Assembly (NCBI RefSeq): GCF_009914755.1
Contig: NC_060925.1
Direction: 5' to 3' (one strand)
Source: the human T2T-CHM13v2.0 reference genome, Homo sapiens
DNA length: 64,000 nt
The notes below the pieces were generated by a model. The model was given only the letters and a program-made list of their open reading frames with translations, had not been told where the DNA came from and made no database searches. Shown here one piece after another: positions 1 to 13,655 of this stretch. The position numbers and the translations under genes are program-made. Position 1 is the stretch's first letter; each line of letters begins with the position of its first letter.

Positions 1-241
1 AATCATCTAACGGAATGGAATGGAATAATCCATGGACTCGAATGCAATCATCATCGAATGGAATCGAATGGAATCATCGAATGGACTCGAATGGAATAAT
101 CATTGAACGGAATCAAATGGAATCATCATCGGATGGAAATGAATGGAATCGTCATCGAATGGAATCGAATAGAATTATGGAATGAAATCCAGTGTGATCA
201 TCATCGAATGGACCTGAATTGAATCATCATCCAATGGAAGC

Positions 242-252
242 TAATGGAATCA
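242..252 (+). promoter_or_regulatory. Example of the recurring TAATGGAATCA 11-mer matching the degenerate DUX4 consensus TAAYBBAATCA (1-3 per unit)
   Basis: The motif is seen at 242, 1023 and 1085, and at equivalent positions in most units. DUX4 binding and activation of HSATII is established. Occupancy of these particular copies is not shown by the sequence. Confidence 0.45.
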
Positions 253-305
253 ACATCGAATGAATCAAATTGAAACACCATCGAATTGAAACGAATGGAA
301 TTACC

Positions 306-2081
306 ATGAAATTGAAATGGATGGACTCATCATCGAATGGATTCGAAAGGAATCATCGAATAAAATTGATTGAAATCATCATCGAATGGAATCGAATGGT
401 ATCATTGAATGGAATCGAATGGAATCATCATCAGATGGAAATGAATGGAATCGTCATAGAATGGAATCGAATGGATTCATTGAATGGAATCAGATGGAAT
501 CATCGAATGGACTGGAATGGAATCATTGAATGGACTCGAAAGAGATCATGATTGAATGGAATTGAATGGAATCATCGAATGGTCTCGATTGGAATCATTA
601 TCAAATGGAATCGAATGGAATCACCGAATAGAATCGAATGGAACAATCATCGAATGGACTCAAATGGAATTATCCTCAAATGGAATCGAATGGAATTATC
701 GAATGCAATCGAATGGAATTATCGAATGCAATCGAATAGAATCATCGAATGGACTCGAATGGAATCATCGAATGGAATGGAATGGAACAGTCAATGAACT
801 CGAATGGAATCATCATTGAATGGAATCGAATGGAATCATCGAGTGGAATCGAATGGAATTATGATCAAATGGAATCGAATGTAATCATCATCAAATGGAA
901 TCAAAAATAACCATCATCAATTGGAATTGAATGGAATTGTCATCAAATGGATTTCAAAGGAAACATCATCAAATGGAACCGAATGGAATCCTCATTGAAT
1001 GGAAATGAAAGGGGTCATCATCTAATGGAATCACATGGAATCATCATCAAATGGAATCGAATGGAATCATCATCAAATGGAATCTAATGGAATCATTGAA
1101 CAGAATTTAATGGAATCGTCATCGAATGAATTGAATGCAATCATCGAATGGTCTCGAATGGAACCATCTTCTAATGGAAAGGAATGGAATCATCGCATAG
1201 AATCGAATGGAATTATCATCGAATGGAATCGAATGGTATCAACACCAAACGGAAAAAAACGGAATTATCGAATGGAATCGAAGAGAATCTTCGAACGGAC
1301 CCGAATGGAATCATCTAATGGAATGGAATGGAATAATCCATGGACTCGAATGCAATCATCATCGAATGGAATCGAATGGAATCATCGAATGGACTCGAAT
1401 GGAATAATCATTGAACGGAATCGAATGGAATCATCATCGGATGGAAACGAATGGAATCATCATCGAATGGGAATGAAAGGAGTCATCATCTAATGGAATT
1501 GCATGTAATCATCATAAAATGGAATCGAATGGAATCAACATCAAATGGAATCAAATGGAATCATTGAACGGAATTGAATGGAATCGTCATCGAATGAATT
1601 AAATGCAATCATCGAATGGTCTCGAATGGAATCATCTTCAAATGGAATGGAATGGAATCATCGCATAGAATCGAATGGAATTATCATCGAATGGAATCGA
1701 ATGGAATCAACACCAAACGGAAAAAAACGGAATTATCGAATGGAATCGAAGAGAATCATCGAATGGACCCGAATGGAATCATCTAATGGAATGGAATGGA
1801 ATAATCCATGGACTCGAATGCAATCATCATCGAATGGAATCGAATGGAATCATCGAATGGACTCGAATGGAATAATCATTGAACGGAATCAAATGGAATC
1901 ATCATCGGATGGAAATGAATGGAATCGTCATCGAATGGAATCGAATAGAATTATGGAATGAAATCCAGTGTGATCATCATCGAATGGACCTGAATGGAAT
2001 CATCATCCAACGGAAGCTAATGGAATCAACATCGAATGAATCAAATGGAAACACCATCGAATTGAAACGAATGGAATTACC
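306..2081 (+). repeat. Representative canonical 1776-bp unit (~840-bp core + 2 x 468-bp module)
   Basis: Landmarks recur at +1776 (306/2082/3858; ORFs 552/2328, 1035/2811, 1578/3354). Core-only landmarks occur once per unit: AATCCAGTGTGATC, GAATAAAATTGATTG, GAACAGTCAATGAAC, CAAAAATAACC. Confidence 0.93.
996..1931 (+). repeat. Internal tandem pair of 468-bp modules within the unit
   Basis: GGGGTCATCATCTAATGG at 1011 corresponds to GGAGTCATCATCTAATGG at 1479. AAACGGAAAAAAACGG, CGAAGAGAATC and AATAATCCATGG each occur twice, 468 bp apart (ORFs 1207/1675). Confidence 0.9.
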
Positions 2082-5000
2082 ATGAAATTGAAATGGATGG
2101 ACTCATCATCGAATGGATTCGAATGGAATCATCGAATAAAATTGATTGAAATCATCATCGAATGGAATCGAATGGTATCATTGAATGGAATCGAATGGAA
2201 TCATCATCAGATGGAAATGAATGGAATCGTCATAGAATGGAATCGAATGGATTCATTGAATGGAATCAGATGGAATCATCGAATGGACTGGAATGGAATC
2301 ATTGAATGGACTCGAAAGAGATCATGATTGAATGGAATTGAATGGAATCATCGAATGGTCTCGATTGGAATCATTATCAAATGGAATCGAATGGAATCAC
2401 CGAATAGAATCGAATGGAACAATCATCGAATGGACTCAAATGGAATTATCCTCAAATGGAATCGAATGGAATTATCGAATGCAATCGAATGGAATTATCG
2501 AATGCAATCGAATAGAATCATCGAATGGACTCGAATGGAATCATCGAATGGAATGGAATGGAACAGTCAATGAACTCGAATGGAATCATCATTGAATGGA
2601 ATCGAATGGAATCATCGAGTGGAATCGAATGGAATTATGATCAAATGGAATCGAATGTAATCATCATCAAATGGAATCAAAAATAACCATCATCAATTGG
2701 AATTGAATGGAATTGTCATCAAATGGATTTCAAAGGAAACATCATCAAATGGAACCGAATGGAATCCTCATTGAATGGAAATGAAAGGGGTCATCATCTA
2801 ATGGAATCACATGGAATCATCATCAAATGGAATCGAATGGAATCATCATCAAATGGAATCTAATGGAATCATTGAACAGAATTTAATGGAATCGTCATCG
2901 AATGAATTGAATGCAATCATCGAATGGTCTCGAATGGAACCATCTTCTAATGGAAAGGAATGGAATCATCGCATAGAATCGAATGGAATTATCATCGAAT
3001 GGAATCGAATGGTATCAACACCAAACGGAAAAAAACGGAATTATCGAATGGAATCGAAGAGAATCTTCGAACGGACCCGAATGGAATCATCTAATGGAAT
3101 GGAATGGAATAATCCATGGACTCGAATGCAATCATCATCGAATGGAATCGAATGGAATCATCGAATGGACTCGAATGGAATAATCATTGAACGGAATCGA
3201 ATGGAATCATCATCGGATGGAAACGAATGGAATCATCATCGAATGGGAATGAAAGGAGTCATCATCTAATGGAATTGCATGTAATCATCATAAAATGGAA
3301 TCGAATGGAATCAACATCAAATGGAATCAAATGGAATCATTGAACGGAATTGAATGGAATCGTCATCGAATGAATTAAATGCAATCATCGAATGGTCTCG
3401 AATGGAATCATCTTCAAATGGAATGGAATGGAATCATCGCATAGAATCGAATGGAATTATCATCGAATGGAATCGAATGGAATCAACACCAAACGGAAAA
3501 AAACGGAATTATCGAATGGAATCGAAGAGAATCATCGAATGGACCCGAATGGAATCATCTAATGGAATGGAATGGAATAATCCATGGACTCGAATGCAAT
3601 CATCATCGAATGGAATCGAATGGAATCATCGAATGGACTCGAATGGAATAATCATTGAACGGAATCAAATGGAATCATCATCGGATGGAAATGAATGGAA
3701 TCGTCATCGAATGGAATCGAATAGAATTATGGAATGAAATCCAGTGTGATCATCATCGAATGGACCTGAATGGAATCATCATCCAACGGAAGCTAATGGA
3801 ATCAACATCGAATGAATCAAATGGAAACACCATCGAATTGAAACGAATGGAATTACCATGAAATTGAAATGGATGGACTCATCATCGAATGGATTCGAAT
3901 GGAATCATCGAATAAAATTGATTGAAATCATCATCGAATGGAATCGAATGGTATCATTGAATGGAATCGAATGGAATCATCATCAGATGGAAATGAATGG
4001 AATCGTCATAGAATGGAATCGAATGGATTCATTGAATGGAATCAGATGGAATCATTGAATGGACTGTAATGGAATCATTGAATGGACTCGAAAGGGATCA
4101 TTATTGAATGGAATTGAATCGAATCATCGAATGGTCTCGATTGGAATCATTATCAAATGGAATCGAATGGAATCACCGAATAGAATCGAATGGAACAATC
4201 ATCGAATGGACTCAAATGGAATTATCCTCAAATGGAATCGAATGGAATTATCGAATGCAATCGAATGGAATTATCGAATGCAATCGAATAGAATCATCGA
4301 ATGGACTCGAATGGAATCATCGAATGGAATGGAATGGAACAGTCAATGAACTCGAATGGAATCATCATTGAATGGAATCGAATGGAATCATCGAGTGGAA
4401 TCGAAAGGAATTATGACCAAATGGAATCGAATGTAATCATCATCAAATGGAATCAAAAATAACCATCATCAATTGGTATTGAATGGAATTGTCATGAAAT
4501 GGAATTCAAAGGAATCATCATCAAATGGAACCGAATGGAATCCTCATTGAATGGAAATGAAAGGGGTCATCATCTAATGGAATCGCATGGAATCATCATC
4601 AAATGGAATCGAATGGAATCATCATCAAATGGAATCTAATGGAATCATTGAAAAGAATTGAATGGAATCGTCATCGAATGAATTGAATGCAATCATCGAA
4701 TGGTCTCGAATGGAATCATCTTCAAATGGAATGGAATGGAATCATCGCATAGAATCGAATGGAATTATCATCGAATGGAATCGAATGGAATCAACATCTA
4801 ACGGAAAAAAACGGAATTATCGAATGGAATCGAAGAGAATCATCGAATGGACCCGAATGGAATCATCTAATGGAATGGAATGGAATAATCCATGGACTCG
4901 AATGCAATCATCATCGAATGGAATCGAATGGAATCATCGAATGGACTCGAATGGAATAATCATTGAACGGAATCGAATGGAATCATCATCGGATGGAAAT

Positions 5001-8000
5001 GAAAGGAGTCATCATCTAATGGAATTGCATGGAATCATCATAAAATGGAATCGAGTGGAATCAACATCAAATGGAATCAAATGGAATCATTGAACGGAAT
5101 TGAATGGAATCGTCATCGAATGAATTGAATGCAATCATCGAATGGTCTCGAATGGAATCATCTTCAAATGGAATGGAATGGAATCATCGCATAGAATCGA
5201 ATGGAATTATCATCGAATGGAATCGAATGGAATCAACATCAAACGGAAAAATACGGAATTATCGAATGGAATCGAAGAGAATCATCGAATGGACCCGAAT
5301 GGAATCATCTAATGGAATGGAATGGAATAATCCATGGACTCGAATGCAATCATCATCGAATGGAATCGAATGGAATCATCCAATGGACTCGAATGGAATA
5401 ATCATTGAACGGAATCGAATGGAATCATCATCGGATGGAAATGAATGGAATCATCATCGAATGGAATCGAATAGAATTATGGAATGAAATCCAGTGTGAT
5501 CATCATCGAATGGACCCGAATGGAATCATCATCCAACGGATGCTAATGGAATCAACATCGAATGAATCAAATGGAAACACCATCGAATTGAAACGAATGG
5601 AATTACCATGAAATTGAAATGGATGGACTCATCATCGAATGGATTCGAAAGGAATCATCGAATAAAATTGATTGAAATCATCATCGAATGGAATCGAATG
5701 GTATCATTGAATGGAATCGAATGGAATCATCATCAGATGGAAATGAATGGAATCGTCATAGAATGGAATCGAATGGATTCATTGAATGGAATCAGATGGA
5801 ATCATCGAATGGACTGGAATGGAATCATTGAATGGACTCGAAAGAGATCATGATTGAATGGAATTGAATGGAATCATCGAATGGTCTCGATTGGAATCAT
5901 TATCAAATGGAATCGAATGGAATCACCGAATAGAATCGAATGGAACAATCATCGAATGGACTCAAATGGAATTATCCTCAAATGGAATCGAATGGAATTA
6001 TCGAATGCAATCGAATGGAATTATCGAATGCAATCGAATAGAATCATCGAATGGACTCGAATGGATTCATCGAATGGAATGGAATGGAAAAGTCAATGAA
6101 CACGAATGGAATCATCACTGAATGGAATCGAATGGAATCATCGAGTGGAATCGAATGGAATTATGATCAAATGGAATCGAATGTAATCCTCATCAAATGG
6201 AATCAAAAATAACCATCATCAATTGGTATTGAATGGAATTGTTATCAAATGGAATTCAAAGGAATCATCATCAAATGGAACTGAATGGAATCCTCATTGA
6301 ATGGAAATGAAAGGGGTCATCATCTAATGGAATAGCATGGAATCATCATCAAATGGAATCGAATGGAATCATCATCAAATGGAATCTAATGGAATCATTG
6401 AAAAGAATTGAATGGAATCATCATCGAATGAATTGAATGCAATCATCGAATGGTCTCGAATGGAATCATCTTCTAATGGAAAGGAATGGAATCATTGCAT
6501 AGAATCGAATGGAATTAACATTGAATGGACTCGAATGGAATCAACATCAAATGGAATCAAGCGGAATTATCGAATGAAATCGAAGAGAATCATCGAATGG
6601 ACTCGAATGGAATCATCTAGTGGAATGGAATGGAATAATCCACGGACTCGAATGCAATCATCATCGTATAGAATCGAATGGAATCATCGAATGGACTCGA
6701 ATGGAATAACCATTGAACGGAATCAAATGGAATCATCATCGGATGGAAACGAATGGAATCATCATCGAATGGAAATGAAAGGAGTCATCATCTAATGGAA
6801 TTGCATGGAATCATCATAAAATGGAATCGAATGGAATCATCATCAAATGGAATCAAATGGAATCATTGAACGGAATTGAATGGAATCGTCATCGAATGAA
6901 TTGAATGCAATCATCGAATGGTCTCGAATGGAATCATCTTCAAATGGAATGGAATGGAATCATCGCATAGAATCGAATGGAATTAATATCGAATGGAATC
7001 GAATGGTATCAACATCAAACGGAAAATAACGGAATTATCGAATGGAATCGAAGAGAATCTTCGAACGTACCCGAATGGAATCATGTAATGGAGTGGAATG
7101 GAATAATCCATGGACTCGAATGCAATCATCATCGAATGGAATCGAATGGAATCATCGAATGGACTCGAATGGAATAATCATTGAACGGAATCGAATGGAA
7201 TCATCATCGGATGGAAATGAATGGAATCATCATCGAATGGAATCGAATAGAATTATGGAATGAAATCCAGTGTGATCATCATCGAATGGACCCGAATGGA
7301 ATCATCATCCAACGGAAGCTAATGGAATCAACATCGAATGAATCGAATGGAAACACCATCGAATTGAAACGAATGGAATTATCATGAAATTGAAATGGAT
7401 GGACTCATCATCGAATGGATTCGAATGGAATCATCGAATAAAATCGATTGAAATTATCATGAAATGGAATCGAATGGTATCATTGAATGGAATCGAATGG
7501 AATCATCATCAGATGGAAATGAATGGAATCGTCATAGAATGGAATCGAATGGATTCATTGAATGGAATCAGATGGAATCATCGAATGGACTGGAATGGAA
7601 TCATTGAATGGACTCGAAAGGGATCATTATTGAATGGAATTGAATGGAATCATCGAATGGTCTCGATTGGAATCATTATCAAATGGAATCGAATGGAATC
7701 ACCGAATAGAATCGAATGGAACAATCATCGAATGGACTCAAATGGAATTATCCTCCAATGGAATCGAATGGAATTATCGAATGCAATCGAATGGAATTAT
7801 CGAATGCAATCGAATAGAATCATCGAATGGACTCGAATGGAATCATCGAATGGAATGGAATGGAACAGTCAATGAACTCGAATGGAATCATCATTGAATG
7901 GAATCGAATGGAATCATCGAGTGGAATCGAATGGAATTATGATCAAATGGAATCGAATGTAATCATCATCAAATGGAATCAAAAATAACCATCATCAATT

Positions 8001-8259
8001 GGTATTGAATGGAATTGTCATCAAATGGAATTCAAAGGAAACATCATCAAATGGAACCGAATGGAATCCTCATTGAATGGAAATGAAAGGGGTCATCATC
8101 TAATGGAATCGCATGGAATCATCATCAAATGGAATCGAATGGAATCATCATCAAATGGAATCTAATGGAATCATTGAACAGAATTTAATGGAATCGTCAT
8201 CGAATGAATTGAATGCAATCATCGAATGGTCTCGAATGGAACCATCTTCTAATGGAAAG

Positions 8260-11200
8260 GAATGGAATCATCGCATAGAATCGAATGGAATTGTCATCGA
8301 ATGGAATCGAATGGTATCAACACCAAACGGAAAAAAGCGGAAATATCGAATGGAATCGAAGAGAATCTTCGAACGGACCCGAATGGAATCATCTAATGGA
8401 ATGGAATGGAATAATCCATGGACTCGAATGCAATCATCATCGAATGGAATCGAATGGAATCATCGAATGGACTCGAATGGAATAATCATTGAACGGAATC
8501 GAATGGAATCATCATCGGATGGAAACGAATGGAATCATCATCGAATGGAAATGAAAGGAGTCATCATCTAATGGAATTGCATGGAATCATCATCAAATGG
8601 AATCGAATGGAATCAACATCAAATGGAATCAAATGGAATCATTGAACGGAATTGAATGGAATCGTCATTGAATGAATTGAATGCAATCATCGAATGGTCT
8701 CGAATGGAATCATCTTCAAATGGAATGGAATGGAATCATCGCATAGAATCGAATGGAATTATCGAATGGAATCGAATGGAATCAACATCAAACGGAAAAA
8801 AACGGAATTATCGAATGGAATCGAAGAGAATCATCGAATGGACCCGAATGGAATCATCTAATGGAATGGAATGGAATAATCCATGGACTCGAATGCAATC
8901 ATCATCGAATGGAATCGAATGGAATCATCGAATGGACTCGAATGGAATAATCATTGAACGGAATCGAATGGAATCATCATCGGATGGAAATGAATGGAAT
9001 CATCATCGAATGGAATCGAATAGAATTATGGAATGAAATCCAGTGTGATCATCATCGAATGGACCCGAATGGAATCATCATCCAACGGAAGCTAATGGAA
9101 TCAACATCGAATGAATCAAATGGAAACACCATCGAATTGAAACGAATGGAATTACCATGAAATTGAAATGGATGGACTCATCATCAAATGGATTCGAGTG
9201 GAATCATCGAATAAAATTGATTGAAATCATCATCGTATGGAATCGAATGGTATCATTGAATGGAATCGAATGGAATCATCTTCAGATGGAAATGAAAGGA
9301 ATCATCATAGAATGGAATCGAATGGATTCATTGAATGGAATCAGATGGAATCATTGAATGGACTGGAATGGAATCATTGAATGGACTCGAAAGGGATCAT
9401 TATTGAATGGAATTGAATGGAATCATCGAATGGTCTCGATTGGAATCATTATCAAATGGAATCGAATGGAATCACCGAATAGAATCGAATGGAACAATCA
9501 TCGAATGGACTCAAATGGAATTATCCTCAAATGGAATTGAATGGAATTATCGAATGCAATCGAATGGAATTATCGAATGCAATCGAATAGAATCATCGAA
9601 TGGACTCGAATGGAATCATCGAATGGAATGGAATGGAACAGTCAATGAACTCGAATGGAATCATCATTGAATGGAATCGAATGGAATCATCGAGTGGAAT
9701 CGAATGTAATCATCATCAAATGGAATCGAATGTAATCATCATCAAATGGAATCAAAAATAACCATCATCAACTGGTATTGAATGGAATTCTCATCAAATG
9801 GAATTCAAAGGAATCATCATCAAATGGAACCGAATGGAATCCTCATTGAATGGAAATGAAAGGGGTCATCATCTAATGGAATCGCATGGAATCATCATCA
9901 AATGGAATCGAATGGAATCATCATCAAATGGAATCTAATGGAATCATTGAAAAGAATTGAATGGAATCGTCATCGAATGAATTGAATGCAATCATCGAAT
10001 GGTCTCGAATGGAATCATCTTCTAATGGAAAGGAATGGAATCATCGCATAGAATCGAATGGAATTATCATCGAATAGAATCGAATGGTATCAACACCAAA
10101 CGGAAAAAAACGGAATTATCGGATGGAATCGAAGAGAATCTTCGAACGGACCCGAATGGAATCATCTAATGGAATGAAATGGAATAATCCATGGACTCGA
10201 ATGCAATCATCATCGAATGGAATCGAATGGAATCATCGAATGGAGTCGAATGGAATAATCATTGAACGGAATCGAATGGAATCATCATCGGATGGAAACG
10301 AATGGAATCATCATCGAATGGAAATGAAAGGAGTCATCATCTAATGGAATTGCATGGAATCATCATAAAATGGAATCGAATGGAATCAACATCAAATGGA
10401 ATCAAATGGAATCATTGAACGGAATTGAATGGAATCGTCATCGAATGAATTGACTGCAATCATCCAATGGTCTCGAATGGAATCATCTTCAAATGGAATG
10501 GAATGGAATCATCGCATAGAATCGAATGGAATTATCATCGAATGGAATCGAATGGAATCAACATCAAACGGAAAAAAACGGAATTATCGAATGGAATCGA
10601 AGAGAATCATCGAATGGACCCGAATGGAATCATCTAATGGAATGGAATGGAATAATCCATGGACTCGAATGCAATCATCATCGAATGGAATCGAATGGAA
10701 TCATCGAATGGACTCGAATGGAATAATCATTGAACGGAATCGAATGGAATCATCATCGGATGGAAATGAAAGGAGTCATCATCTAATGGAATTGCATGGA
10801 ATCATCATAAAATGGAATCGAATTGAATCAACATCAAATGGAATCAAATGGAATCATTGAACGGAATTGAATGGAATCGTCATCGAATGAATTGAATGCA
10901 ATCATCGAATGGTCTCGAATGGAATCATCTTCAAATGGAATGGAATGGAATCATCGCATAGAATCGAATGGAATTGTCATCGAATGGAATCGAATGGTAT
11001 CAACACCAAACGGAAAAAAACGGAAATATCGAATGGAATCGAAGAGAATCTTCGAACGGACCCGAATGGAATCATCTAATGGAATGGAATGGAATAATCC
11101 ATGGACTCGAATGCAATCATCATCGAATGGAATCGAATGGAATCATCGAATGGACTCGAATGGAATAATCATTGAACGGAATCGAATGGAATCATCATCG

Positions 11201-13655
11201 GATGGAAACGAATGGAATCATCATCGAATGGAAATGAAAGGAGTCATCATCTAATGGAATTGCATGGAATCATCATCAAATGGAATCGAATGGAATCAAC
11301 ATCAAATGGAATCAAATGGAATCATTGAACGGAATTGAATGGAATCGTCATTGAATGAATTGAATGCAATCATCGAATGGTCTCGAATGGAATCATCTTC
11401 AAATGGAATGGAATGGAATCATCGCATAGAATCGAATGGAATTATCGAATGGAATCGAATGGAATCAACATCAAACGGAAAAAAACGGAATTATCGAATG
11501 GAATCGAAGAGAATCATCGAATGGACCCGAATGGAATCATCTAATGGAATGGAATGGAATAATCCATGGACTCGAATGCAATCATCATCGAATGGAATCG
11601 AATGGAATCATCGAATGGACTCGAATGGAATAATCATTGAACGGAATCGAATGGAATCATCATCGGATGGAAATGAATGGAATCATCATCGAATGGAATC
11701 GAATAGAATTATGGAATGAAATCCAGTGTGATCATCATCGAATGGACCCGAATGGAATCATCATCCAACGGAAGCTAATGGAATCAACATCGAATGAATC
11801 AAATGGAAACACCATCGAATTGAAACGAATGGAATTACCATGAAATTGAAATGGATGGACTCATCATCAAATGGATTCGAGTGGAATCATCGAATAAAAT
11901 TGATTGAAATCATCATCGTATGGAATCGAATGGTATCATTGAATGGAATCGAATGGAATCATCTTCAGATGGAAATGAAAGGAATCATCATAGAATGGAA
12001 TCGAATGGATTCATTGAATGGAATCAGAAGGAATCATTGAATGGACTGGAATGGAATCATTGAATGGACTCGAAAGGGATCATTATTGAATGGAATTGAA
12101 TGGAATCATCGAATGGTCTCGATTGGAATCATTATCAAATGGAATCGAATGGAATCACCGAATAGAATCGAATGGAACAATCATCGAATGGACTCAAATG
12201 GAATTATCCTCAAATGGAATTGAATGGAATTATCGAATGCAATCGAATGGAATTATCGAATGCAATCGAATAGAATCATCGAATGGACTCGAATGGAATC
12301 ATCGAATGGAATGGAATGGAACAGTCAATGAACTCGAATGGAATCATCATTGAATGGAATCGAATGGAATCATCGAGTGGAATCGAATGTAATCATCATC
12401 AAATGGAATCGAATGTAATCATCATCAAATGGAATCAAAAATAACCATCATCAACTGGTATTGAATGGAATTCTCATCAAATGGAATTCAAAGGAATCAT
12501 CATCAAATGGAACCGAATGGAATCCTCATTGAATGGAAATGAAAGGGGTCATCATCTAATGGAATCGCATGGAATCATCATCAAATGGAATCGAATGGAA
12601 TCATCATCAAATGGAATCTAATGGAATCATTGAAAAGAATTGAATGGAATCGTCATCGAATGAATTGAATGCAATCATCGAATGGTCTCGAATGGAATCA
12701 TCTTCTAATGGAAAGGAATGGAATCATCGCATAGAATCGAATGGAATTATCATCGAATGGAATCGAATGGTATCAACACCAAACGGAAAAAAACGGAATT
12801 ATCGGATGGAATCGAAGAGAATCTTCGAACGGACCCGAATGGAATCATCTAATGGAATGAAATGGAATAATCCATGGACTCGAATGCAATCATCATCGAA
12901 TGGAATCGAATGGAATCATCGAATGGAGTCGAATGGAATAATCATTGAACGGAATCGAATGGAATCATCATCGGATGGAAACGAATGGAATCATCATCGA
13001 ATGGAAATGAAAGGAGTCATCATCTAATGGAATTGCATGGAATCATCATAAAATGGAATCGAATGGAATCAACATCAAATGGAATCAAATGGAATCATTG
13101 AACGGAATTGAATGGAATCGTCATCGAATGAATTGACTGCAATCATCCAATGGTCTCGAATGGAATCATCTTCAAATGGAATGGAATGGAATCATCGCAT
13201 AGAATCGAATGGAATTATCATCGAATGGAATCGAATGGAATCAACATCAAACGGAAAAAAACGGAATTATCGAATGGAATCGAAGAGAATCATCGAATGG
13301 ACCCGAATGGAATCATCTAATGGAATGGAATGGAATAATCCATGGACTCGAATGCAATCATCATCGAATGGAATCGAATGGAATCATCGAATGGACTCGA
13401 ATGGAATAATCATTGAACGGAATCGAATGGAATCATCATCGGATGGAAATGAAAGGAGTCATCATCTAATGGAATTGCATGGAATCATCATAAAATGGAA
13501 TCGAATTGAATCAACATCAAATGGAATCAAATGGAATCATTGAACGGAATTGAATGGAATCGTCATCGAATGAATTGAATGCAATCATCGAATGGTCTCG
13601 AATGGAATCATCTTCAAATGGAATGGAATGGAATCATCGCATAGAATCGAATGGA
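8260..13655 (+). repeat. Tandem duplication, 2 x 2683 bp
   Basis: ORFs and variants are offset by exactly 2683 (8285/10968, 8656/11339, 9157/11840, 10429/13112). Both copies share a 3-bp deletion, CATCGTATGG, ATCTTCAGAT and GGAGTCGAA. Confidence 0.88.

Larger units (their letters stand above)
1..4050 (+). repeat. Near-identical tandem copies of one 1776-bp variant (about 2.3 copies visible)
   Basis: Variants shared at +1776: TTGGAATTGA (921/2697), GGATTTCAAAGG (949/2725), TCACATGG, GCATGTAATC (1501/3277), ATTAAATGC, and GACCTGAA (211/1987/3763). Confidence 0.85.

Noticed and set aside
358-365. AATAAA once per unit as a polyadenylation signal
   Set aside because: A hexamer in A-rich sequence with no GU-rich downstream element and no transcript evidence is not supportable.
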